From: Lama guanicoe
Taxonomy: Eukaryota
Assembly (NCBI GenBank): GCA_013239625.1
Contig: MU053431.1
Coordinates: 2,818,485-2,874,684, forward strand
Reading direction: 5' to 3'
Length of the DNA: 56,200 nt
Of this stretch, positions 44,790 to 54,749 are shown one piece after another. The notes beneath the pieces were generated by a model, which was given only the letters and a program-made list of their open reading frames with translations, was not told the DNA's origin and searched no databases. Position 1 is the stretch's first letter, and each line of letters opens with the position of its first letter. The translations under genes were made by a program, and so were the position numbers.

Positions 44790-45400
44790 CGGTGTTTCAA
44801 AACCAAGCTCGTCTGCCCCTCACACAGGAGGCAGATGCTGAGACGCTGAGGTCACGAGACAGCCAAACGAGGACCCAGGAGAACAAATATCATAGCCACT
44901 TCCTTGAAGGCAAGGCGCCTGAGATATTTATGAGATGAGGAAGCAGGGTGGTTTTGGGGGTGGGGAAAGGAGATTGGAGGTAGGGGAAAGGTATCTGAGT
45001 CACATGTGTGTTTGAAGGTGGAGGCACTTAGCATAGTCTGAGGGTGGTGGTTTCGGGCCCTGATTGGTTGTTCATCAGACGTCACCAGACACCTGTGCAG
45101 GCCCAGTTTTAAGGTCAGTGGTTGCAACTAGTTTTAGCTGGCTTGAACTGGAGCCTACTCCAAGTTCCTGGAAAACAATTTAAGCCCCTGTTACTACAGC
45201 AACCCAGATGTCAAGAGGCATTATCTATAGGGGTGGTTAAGGAGTCAAAAAATAATTAAGGTGAGCTTGGTCAGTGAAGGCAGGTTACAAGTGAAGGGAT
45301 TTTTAATAAGCTGGACCCTTGCCTAGTGTTCTGTAGGACAAGCTCAAGAAGTTCCATTAGTCACGAATTTCTGTTAACCCCATGGGGCACAGTTTTAGGG
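44790..45400. mobile_element. Probable ERV LTR
   Basis: LTR-like composition with a reverse CCAAT box (ctgattggtt). Family not identified. Confidence 0.4.
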
Positions 45401-45519
45401 GCACACCATAGTTTTTAAAGATTTGAGGTGTTTATGGGGAAAAGCCCCTGCAGAGAGAAAGGAGAAACACTGAGACCATCCTGGGCTGCTGGTGCATGGG
45501 GACAGGTCAGCCCCGCACC

Positions 45520-45992
45520 TGGAAGCAACTTCAGTGTCCATCAACAGAGGAATGGATAAAGAAGACGTGATGTGATACAGTGGAACACTACTCAGTCATA
45601 AAAAGAACTAAATCTTGCCATTTGCAGCAGCATGGATGGACTTGGAGGGCATTATGCTAAGTGCAATAAGTCAGAGAAAGACAACTCCTGTATGATATAA
45701 CTTATATGTGAAATCTAAAAAATACAACAAACTAGTAAATACAAGAAAAAAGCAGCAGACTCACAGATACAGAGAACAAACTAGTGGTTACCAGGTTACC
45801 AGAGCTGGGGGAGGGGCAACAATGGGGTGGGGGAGTGGGAGGTACAAGGTATTGGGTATAAGAGAGGCTCAAGGATGTACTGTACAACACGGGGATATAG
45901 GCGATATTTTGTAAAAAATGTAAATGTGGAAAGTAACCTTTAAAAACTATGAAAAATTTGAAGAAAAAAATTTAAAGCACAATAAAAAAAAG
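45520..45992 (+). mobile_element. L1 3' end (L1MA/artiodactyl-type) with A-rich tail
   Basis: gtgtccatcaacagaggaatggataaagaag...tcttgccatttgcagcagcatggatggacttggagggcattatgctaagtg followed by AATAAA and an A tail. Confidence 0.9.
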
Positions 45993-46255
45993 TTGCAAAC
46001 GAAGAAACAGATTCAGATAAAACTGAAAAAATTCTGGGGAGATGGAGTCAGGGGCTTATAGACATACAGCCATGATTTTGTTAAAATTTGCCCTGTGAGT
46101 AATGTGACGGATTCTAATGTGAGTCAGAAAGTTCCATAAAATCGGAGCTGTTTAAGGGCGGGGTCCAACAAATAGATAGGCTGTCATGAGGTATTTTAGG
46201 GCAAGGGTCTGAATGTTAGGTATCTCGAGTTTCTGGCAGATGTTTTGCATGCCTT

Positions 46256-46386
46256 TGTAGGGGAGCAAAAGTTGCCACTCCAAAAATGTTATTCTGACAT
46301 GCGGATTATTTTGAGCTGAAAACAATGAAACCCCAGAGGACTCAGGAAGAAAGTTCGATCTTCCCAAATAGTGCCTGGAGAATGTA
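46256..46386 (+). mobile_element. 5' ~130 bp of a MER34-like ERV1 LTR, truncated by the telomeric array
   Basis: Starts tgtaggggagcaaaagttgccactccaaaa...ggattattttgagctgaa, resembling MER34-family 5' ends as remembered; stops abruptly at TAGGG. Confidence 0.65.
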
Positions 46387-48174
46387 GGGTTAGGGGCTGG
46401 AGCTAGGGTTAGGGGTTTGGGTTCGGGGTTTGGAGTTATGGGTTAGGGTTACATTTAGGGTTAGGGCTAGGGCTGGGGTGAGGGTGAGGGTTAGGATTAG
46501 AGGGTTAGGGTTAGACCTACGATTAGGGCTATGTTGAGGTCTATGTTGAGAGCTAGGGTTAGGGTTCTTGTTAGGGCTAAGGTTAGGGCTAGGGTTAGGG
46601 TCAGCATTTGGCTTAGGTTAGAGCTACGATGAGGTCTTGGTTGAGGGCTCGTATGTGGGTTAGGCTTAGGGTTAGCGTTTGGTTAGAGCTACAACGATAG
46701 CTCTGTTAGGAGAAGGTTGAGGGCTAAGAAGGGGGCTAGGGGTAGGTGGTCTAGGGTTAGGGTTAGGTCTAGGGCTATGGTTAGCTTTAACTGTAAGGTT
46801 AGAACTACGACAGGGGTGCTGTTGAAGTCTAGTCTGAGGGCTTAGTTGAGGGCTAGCGTTAGTGTTTGGTTTAGGGTTCATTTTAGAGCGAGGGTTAGTG
46901 CTAGGTTTATAGCTAGGGTTACGGTTAAGTTTAGGGCTAGGGTTAGGGTTAGTGTTTGGTTTAGTGTTAGAGCTTGGTGAAGGGCTTGTTTGAAGGCCAA
47001 GGTGAGGATTAGGGTTAGGGCTTGGCTTAGAGCTATGTTTAGGGCTAGTTTTTGGCCTAGGCTTAGGGTTAGTGTTTGGGTTTGGTTAGAGCTATGATGA
47101 GGGCTTGGCTGAGGGATAAGGTGAGAGCTTGGGTTAGGTCTAGGGTTAGGGTTACTGCTGTCTCGAAGGCTAGGTTGAGGGCTAGGGTTAGGACTAAGTT
47201 TAGGGCTTGGTGTAAGGCTACGGTTAGGGTTAGCATATAGGTTAGGGTTAGAGCTACATTGAGGGCTTGCTTTAGGGCTATGTTGAGGGTTAAGGTGATG
47301 GCTAGAGTTAGGGCTAGGGTTATGGCAGAATTAGGGTCAGGGGGTTAGAGTGTTAGAGTTAGGGCTAGGGCTATGGCTAGGGTTAAGGGTTAGAGTCATG
47401 GCTAGATTTAGGGTGAAGGCTATGTTGGGTTTGAGTTGTGTCTAGCTTTAAGGTTAGGGTTATGGCTACGTTTAGGGCTAGGGTTAGAGCTATCATGATG
47501 GCAAAGGTTACGGCTATGGTTAGGTTTAGCCTTAGGGATAGAGCTACAATGAGGGCTTGGTTTAGGGGTAGGTTGAGGGCTAAGGTGAGGTGTAGGGTTA
47601 GGCCTAGGGCTATGGTTAGGGTTAGAGCTGTGATGAGGGCTAGGTTTAGGGCTATGATGATGGCTAGGGTTAGGGTGAGGTCTAGGGTAAGGCCTAGGGT
47701 TAGGAATAGGTTTAGGGCAAGGGTTAGGGCTAGAGTCAGGCCTAGGGTTAGGGCTAGGATCAGATCTAGGGTTAGGGTTAGTGGTAGGGTTCGGGTTTGG
47801 TTAGGCTTAAGGTTGGGGGTAGGGTCAGGGTTAGGGCTAGTATGATGGCTTGGGTGAGGTCAAGGGTTAGGCCTATAGTTACGGCTAGGACTAAAGCTAA
47901 GCTTAGGGTCAGTGTTAGGGTTCAGCTTAGGGCTAGGGCTAGGGTTACGGTTCGGGTTAGTGGTATGGGGATAGCTTGGGTAAGGGCTATGGTAAAGGCT
48001 AGGGTTCAGGCTAGGTTCAGGATTAGGTTTAAGTTTAGGGCTAGGGTGAGGTCTAGGTTGGGTTAGGTTTAGGGTTAGGGCCAGGCTTTGTGTTTGAGTA
48101 GGGTTAGGTTTAAGGATAGAGCTACAATGGTGAGGGCTAGGTGAGGGCTAGGTTCGGGTAACAGCTAGGGTTAG
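46384..48174 (+). repeat. ~1.8-kb degenerate interstitial telomeric array (TTAGGG/CTAGGG/TGAGGG/TTAGAG variants), G-strand on + throughout
   Basis: Continuous hexamer periodicity in one orientation, with no CCCTAA half. Confidence 0.97.
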
Positions 48175-49048
48175 TGGAGGAAGAAACTGCAGATATAGTG
48201 GGAACAGCAAGAGAACTAGAATCAGAAGTGGAGCCTCAAGATGTGACTGAATCATTCCAACCTGAAGATAAAACTTTATGGATGAGGAGTTGCTTCTTAA
48301 GAATGAACAAGGAAAGTGGTTTCTTTCTTTATTTTTTAAAAAATAATTTTGCTCATTTTTTCCCATTTAATGGAGGTAATGGGGATTGAACCCAGGGCCT
48401 CGTGCATTCTAAACACACACTCCATCACTGAGCTATAACACCCCCTCCCCCAGAAAGTGGTTTCTTGAGATGGAATCTACTCCTGGTGAAGATGCTCTGA
48501 GGATTGTTGAAATGATGATAAAGGATTCAGAATATTACACAGACTTAGTTGGTAAAGCAGCAGCAGGGTTTGGGAGGACTGACTCCAACTTTGAAAGAAG
48601 CTCTACTGTTGGTAAAATGCTATCACACAGCATTGCATGCTCCAGAGAAATCATTTGTGAAAGAGTCAATCAGTGCAGCCAACTTCATTGCTGTCTTATT
48701 TTAAGAAACTGCCACACCAACCCCAACCTTCAGCAACCACCCCCCCGCCCCCGATCAGTGAGCATCCATCAACATTGAGGGAAGACCCTCCACCAACAAA
48801 AAGTTGCAACTCGCTGACAGCTCAGATGATGGCTAGCATTTTTCAGCAATAAATCATTTTTAATTAGGGTATGGTACTTTGTCTTTTGTAGACATAATAC
48901 TACTGCACGCTTAATAGACTACAGTGGTGTAGAAACAACTTTTATATGCACTGGAACACCAAGAAATTCATGTAACTCTTTTTACTGCAACACTCCCTTT
49001 ACTACAGTGGTCTGGAACAAAACCCACAGTATCTCAGAGGTGTGCCTG
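48173..49048 (+). mobile_element. 3' portion of a Tigger1 DNA transposon, 5'-truncated at the telomeric array and interrupted by a SINE
   Basis: ORF 48470 [15 protein letters not shown]...[21 protein letters not shown] matches the Tigger1 transposase C-terminus; ends gaggtgtgcctg + TA at 49049-49050. Confidence 0.9.
48326..48452 (-). mobile_element. tRNA-derived SINE (camelid Vic-1-like) with a 14-bp TSD
   Basis: Reverse complement has box A (tagctcagtgatgg) and box B (gggttcaatccc). gaaagtggtttctt is duplicated at 48312-48325 and 48453-48466. Confidence 0.9.
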
Positions 49049-49330
49049 TACTTTAGAGAACTGGCTTTGTCACCAAAGAGACCCAAAGTGGAAATCAACC
49101 AATTCTAATGTGTTCAAGCTTAAACTACTGACTGTAAAAATAATACTGGTAATACCTATTTCTTAGAGTTACTGTGAGAATTATTATGAGAAAATGTTTC
49201 TAAACCGCTGGGAGGCTGGGACCTAGTACGGTCATAATCAATGCTAAGTATTAGAAAAGGAGTATAAGCTTTTTCCAATATTGAAATCCAATCTATAACA
49301 GAAACTAAATTTCTTACAAAATCAATTTAC

Positions 49331-49507
49331 TTTCACTGGTCCCATCCTGTGGACATGAAATATTCCTGTTATAAAATCTGTCTATTCTAGAACCATGTCT
49401 GCGATCTCTTTGTGGCTTAAAATTTTTATCTTCATCTGGCAGATCACTTCCACTGGAACTCCATGTTATAGCTGTAATCCCACTGGTGCTCTTAGATGTT
49501 GTAGGTT
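49331..49507 (-). CDS. SPIDR: Isolated SPIDR (KIAA0146)-like exon: (x)PTTSKSTSGITAITWSSSGSDLPDEDKNFKPQRDRRHGSRIDRFYNRNISCPQDGTSE; probably part of a truncated or duplicated copy
   Basis: Hand translation of the - strand: acceptor ttttctttttctttaacag|, donor |gtaaat, 177 nt open, phase 1-1. Closely matches the human SPIDR segment TTTSKSTSGLTDITWSSSGSDLSDEDK as remembered. Absent from the ORF track. Confidence 0.85.
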
Positions 49508-49989
49508 CTGTTAAAGAAAAAGAAAATATATAAAAATGGCCAACTGATGTGGTTACCTATCAAAATGAGGTTTTATGCATGTTAATTTTCCAAAGTCGCA
49601 AATAACACAAAATTCAGATAATAAAAGCAATGTCTTATTTCAAATCTTCCTGACTAAAGGCCTATGCACAATCTTGCTAAGATTCTCTGAATTAAAGCCA
49701 AATGACAAGAAGAAAAAGTAGTAATTAGAACTGATTAAGTTATAAAAGACAAGGAAAATGACTGGAGCACAAATGAAAACTCAAAAAATAACCCTGAAAT
49801 AATTATAAAGCTATAACTTCGTAGACTATTTGACCAAGCCATAAGGGAAAAAACCAAATAAACCATAAAACAAACTGCAAAGCCACTACTTATCTATGAT
49901 AGGAATGCTTCTGTGTGCTTCCTCTGCCGCTTCAGGAGCCCTGATAACAGCAATTTGTTTAAAATGCTTCAGAAAACTTAATTTACTTA

Positions 49990-50720
49990 AACTTATTATT
50001 TTGAGATAACAGCTGTTTCATATACAGTTGTCAGAAACAGAAGAAGCCCTTGTATGCCTCACCCAGTTCCTGCAATGGTAACATTCTACAGAACTACAGT
50101 ATAGCCTCACAGCCAGAATGCTGATACCGGTACTGTACTGTCAAGAGAGAGAACAACTCCATCACCGAGAGCAAATCCCGTACCGCCTTTTTAAAGCAAA
50201 ACACAGCCTCCTCCCCACCTCATTTCCTAATCCCTGGCAACCACTAATCAGTTTTGCACTTCTACAACTTTGTCAATTCAAGAATAATATATACATGTAA
50301 TCACCTATGTCACCTTTTTAGGACTGGCTCTTTATGCTCAGCTGAATTCCCTGGTCATTCACCAGGCGTGTATCAACAGGTACGTTCTTTTTACTACTGT
50401 GGACAGACCACAGCTTGTTTAACCAGTCATCCTTTGAAGGACACCTTCTTTGTTCCCAGTTTGGGGCTACTATGAACGAAGCCGCTGTGAACACTGCTCA
50501 TGATCTTATGTGAATGTAATTGTCATTCTCTAGGATAAATGTCTAAGGGTGCAACTGCTAAGTTGTATGGTAACTGCATGTTTAGTCTCATAAGAAACTG
50601 CCAAACTTTTTTTCCAGGGTAGCTGTGCCATTTTACAGTCCCACCAGCAGTGTGTGAGTGATCCAGTTTCTCCACATCATTTGGTGTGGTCACTATTTTT
50701 TAGTTTAGCCATTCTGATAG
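49990..50720 (-). mobile_element. L1MB/L1MC-type 3' end
   Basis: Typical antisense motifs: ctaatccctggcaaccactaatc and taagaaactgccaaact...ccattttacagtcccaccagcagtgtgtgag. Confidence 0.85.
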
Positions 50721-50970
50721 ACAGGAAACTTGGAAGGAATGTAGTGGCTCCACCTTGGTGGAACCAGAAGTCCCAACAGGAAACTACGGACACAGATCAG
50801 AAAAGGAATAGATATCTAATAAAAATCAATTTTTCTACTCATATTGAGTAGATAATTGAGTTATAATGCTAAAACAAATATACAAAAACCTTTCTTAGTT
50901 ACATTTCAATATACTATGAGATTAAGAGATTAGACATTACAACTCAAGTTTTCCAGAAGAGGTTAAATGG

Positions 50971-51132
50971 TGGGGGATGATTATAGCTCAGTGTTAGAGT
51001 GCATGCCTAGCATGCACAAGGTCCTGGGTTCAGTCACCAGTACCTCCATTAAAACAACAGCAACAACAACAAAAAACCCCAAAAACTAATAACCCGCACA
51101 AATTTAAAAATAAATAAAAACTTAAAAAAAAA
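50971..51132 (+). mobile_element. tRNA-derived SINE (camelid Vic-1-like) with A-rich tail
   Basis: ggggatgattatagctcagtgttagagtgcatgcctagcatgcacaaggtcctgggttcag...; gttaaatgg is duplicated at 50962-50970 and 51133-51141. Confidence 0.9.
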
Positions 51133-51665
51133 GTTAAATGGCTTCATTAAATATGTATTAATATAACGCCTCTGATATAGTAAACCCTGAGGAAACAACA
51201 ACAAAAAGAAAACTCCTGCCTTCAAGGAATGCATGCTCTGAAAGGGCACACTACTTAATCATGAAAAGAAAAATTAAACACTGGATTAGAGGTATGTCAT
51301 TGTACACTGATGGCACACACAAAAAAACAAAAACAAAAACAGATGCTCCACTTTGTATTGATCAGGAAAAGAAGATTTACTGACAAAATGATGTCTGGAA
51401 AGTCAACATGTACAAAGGCACAAAAACATGAAATAACAGTAAACATTTACTAAACACTTACTTTGTGCCCTGAACATCTAGAGTTGCTAAAGTTGTCTAT
51501 CCTTCAAAATATAAAATTAAATATAAACCATTCAGAATAACATAAGAACCCACATTGATTTAAAGAGCTAATAAAACTAAGGTGTGTACTTACTTGCAAA
51601 AACCATTACCGATCTTTTTTCATTATTATGCATCTAGAAAAGTAAATCAGAATGAAGAAATGGAA

Positions 51666-52007
51666 TGCTACAGACTAAAATATCTGTGTCCCCCTAAAAC
51701 TCACATACTGAAGACTAATCCCCGATGTGACAGTGCTAAGAGGTGGGTCTTCAGGAGGAGATTAGGCTACGAGGGTGGAGCTCTCATGAATGGGACCAGT
51801 GTCCCACAGAAGACGCCCAGAGAGACCCCTGGCCCCTTCCACACGTGAGGACACAGCAGGAAGGTTCTATGAACCAGAGGTCCTCGCCAGACCCCAAATA
51901 AATGTATGGACTTCCGACCTCCAGAACTGTGAGAAATAAATTTCTTCTGTTTATAAGCCACCCGGTCTATGGTATCTTTGTAACAGCAGCCTGAGCAGAC
52001 TAGGACA
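51666..52007 (+). mobile_element. MLT1A-like solo LTR
   Basis: tgcta...gactaggaca termini; gagggtggagctctcatgaatggga; ccagaactgtgagaaataaatttc. Confidence 0.88.
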
Positions 52008-52226
52008 GGAAATACAATTATCACTATTTTCAGGTTGTATAATGGATTCATAAACCCATAAATTTATCACTCAGTAACCCATTTTATTTGCTGAAAAGGG
52101 GTACCCTTGAAATCAAGGCCCATTCCAATGAAATTCCAGGAAGGACACCAGCCAGACTATGAGAACAGTTTGCATTTACAAACATTTCTGGGTGCCCAAT
52201 GTGTACCAGGCATTCTGCTGGCATCT

Positions 52227-52622
52227 GCTGCTACAGGCTGAATTGTGTCTTCCCCCCCCCCAAATTCATTCATATGTTAAAGTTCTAACCACCAGCACCT
52301 CAGAATGTAACCTTATCTGGAGCTAGGGTTTTTACAGACGTAACTGAATTAAACTGAGGTAATAGATAGATAGATATTCTTATAAAAGAAGAAATCTGGA
52401 CACAGAACCAGACACGCAGAGAGGGAAGACAATGGAAAGACACATGCAGAGAAGGCAGCCACCTGCAAGTCAAGGAAAGAAGCCTGGAGCACATCCTAGC
52501 AGGAGCCGACTCTGCCAGTACCTTCACTTTGGACTTCCAGCATCCAGAACTGTGAGGTAATAAGTTTCTGTTGGTCAGACCACCCAGTCTGTAGCACGGC
52601 ATCACGGCAGCCCTAGCCCAGC
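52227..52622 (+). mobile_element. MLT1B/C-like solo LTR
   Basis: tgctacaggctgaattgtgtc...ctcagaatgtaaccttat...ggacttccagcatccagaactgtgag...cagccctag. Confidence 0.85.
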
Positions 52623-53477
52623 CTAGCCTTAGCGACCTAGGATCCAAAGAAGAGCAACAGAGGAGAGCCTGCCCTTAAGAAGCCTATGTTCTAATGGGGA
52701 GAAAAGCACATCAACAGATAATAATTCAGAAATTTACTAATGCCTCTCAAGGAGATCTCTGACCTCACTAACAAAGATTTTGAGAATATATTTTGCAGGG
52801 CATTTTAAGAAAAATATTAAACACTATTTCCTTTTCATTACATAGTTTCATTTTGATACTTCTTTTTTTTTTTTTTAAGTTCTGCCTTTTAAAGAAAATC
52901 TACAAAGTTTCCAGCTTCTTTTCAGGTTTTTACCTTCTTCCTTGTCCCTTGCACCTTCCGAGGAACGTGCATTTGCTCACTTCTCTCACCCCTTCCCACC
53001 TCCTCCATTTCCTCCCCCTTTCTTCTCTGGTCTTCAGTGCCTTACAGGTAAGGAAACAGAGACATAGAGACAAGGAAACGGGGTCTCCGCCTTTTTCACA
53101 CACTCTGCTAAAGTATGTTTCCTTACTTCTGATTCCCAGCTGTCAAAAAAATATTACTTCCAAGTCCTAAAAATTTCATAGCCTGTCCTGAACTAAAACT
53201 TTAGAAGTTACGATTTTAAAAAGAAGCCAGTTACAGGACTTGCCTTGGGGCCCCTTTTCTATTAATGTCTATCTGTAAGCTTTTGTTAAATTAGTAACAA
53301 TTCTTTCTTGCCTTAACAAGCTGCTTGTGCTGTAAATAAAGTATACACGGACATAAGCTCTTGCAGCCTATCAGTATATATTGCTCATTCTACAGGGCAG
53401 AAAGTTCAGAAGGATGGGTTGAGTATATATTGGGATGGGGAAATGATCCCAAAAAATCCTTTTTAAATTAAATACAG

Positions 53478-53552
53478 CAGGGGATGGCTTGCCATCCACA
53501 AGGTCCTGGATTCAATCCCCAGGACAATCAATCAATCAAATAAATAAATACA
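53478..53552 (+). mobile_element. Partial tRNA-derived SINE
   Basis: cacaaggtcctggattcaatccccag followed by an (AATC/AAAT)n tail. Confidence 0.6.
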
Positions 53553-53652
53553 AGGTAGCAGCGTATTTTTCTTTCTCTCTCCAAGCTGAACTTGACTATG
53601 CCAACTTTAAATCTCCAGGAAGAGACACAAGCTACGTCTGTATACGGAAACA

Positions 53653-53864
53653 CAGTTAGCTGGCCCTTGAACAACACAAGTCTGAGCCGCGTGGGTTCAC
53701 CTACATGTGGATGTTTTCCAAAAATAGGTCCTACTACTGCACAGTCCGCAGTAGGTGAATCCATGGGTGCAGAAGGCTGACTTGTAAAGTTTATTACAGG
53801 CGGATTTTATACTGCATAGAGGGCCAGCACCTCTGCCCCCCACGCTGTTCAAAGGTCTACTGTA
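53653..53864 (+). mobile_element. Tigger2/MER8-like non-autonomous DNA element
   Basis: Inverted termini cccttgaacaacac ... gctgttcaaaggtctactg followed by TA. Confidence 0.7.
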
Positions 53865-54749
53865 CTATTTTCTCCATATGTTATATAATGACAGTTAAGA
53901 AATCAGAATTCAACTGACCTTTGAAAATTACAGCATTTGGCACTAATAATAATAAAAAATAAGTTCTGCAGCACCATCAGAAGACTGTGATATTACAAAC
54001 ACTCTGTGCCTGTTTATTTGATAATACAGTGTTTCATGAATTAAAAAAAAGTCCTTGTTTGTCCTCAGCCACGTGCATCTTGGAGTGTGTTGTCTAGCTG
54101 TAAGTGTTGTCCAAGCACTTATGGTTTTGCTGTCTCATGACTCTGTGGATTCAGAGACATTTAAAAACTATGCCTTCATTGCTGCCATTCCTGGGTTTCC
54201 ATGCTGTTAATTGTTAATGTCAGCCTGGGTAGGTGGAAAGGATTCCCATTTTCAACCTCACCACTATAGCAGAAGTGGAGTTTGGGCTTCTGCTCCGAAA
54301 GCACATTTTTGTGCGTGTGTAAGAATATGTTGTTTTGCAGTTTATCCATTTTCAGTCTTTCTTCTCTGTCCTTATTTTTTAATCATCTTGTGTTCGAGTT
54401 CTGGTGCTTAAAGCCACAAATGCTTAGAATAAAGTGAGAAGTCATTGAATGGTTGATTAAAAAAAAAAAGAGAGAAAAGTATTAGCTTAAGGTAGGCATT
54501 GCTAATGCTATTACTGTCAGCATGTAGAATAAGATAAACTAGATTTTAAATCTAGCTAGTTCAGGACTTAGAATATTGAGCCTCTGACAGGGACTCCACA
54601 AAGCTCGCCATTGTTGCCTTGTGACCCAGCTTGACCATCCAACCATGTCTGTGCCTCGTCTCTCAGTTTTACAGCTGCAACCAGACCCTTCCAAGCTGCT
54701 CCAGCGCTAGCCCTAGTATATTGCCTACCTGTCATTGCCAGCTGAATGT

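Noticed and set aside
47438..48066. Val/Arg/Ala-rich ORFs (135 aa and 89 aa) resembling telomeric VR dipeptide products
   Set aside because: (TTAGGG)n is open in the VR and LG frames by construction. The listed starts are GTG/TTG and nothing indicates translation.
46384..48174. Head-to-head telomere-telomere fusion like human chromosome 2
   Set aside because: There is no inverted CCCTAA half; the repeats run in a single orientation.
46384..48174. CRISPR-like repeat-spacer array
   Set aside because: The segments between recurrent motifs are themselves telomeric hexamer variants, and the context is mammalian with no cas genes.
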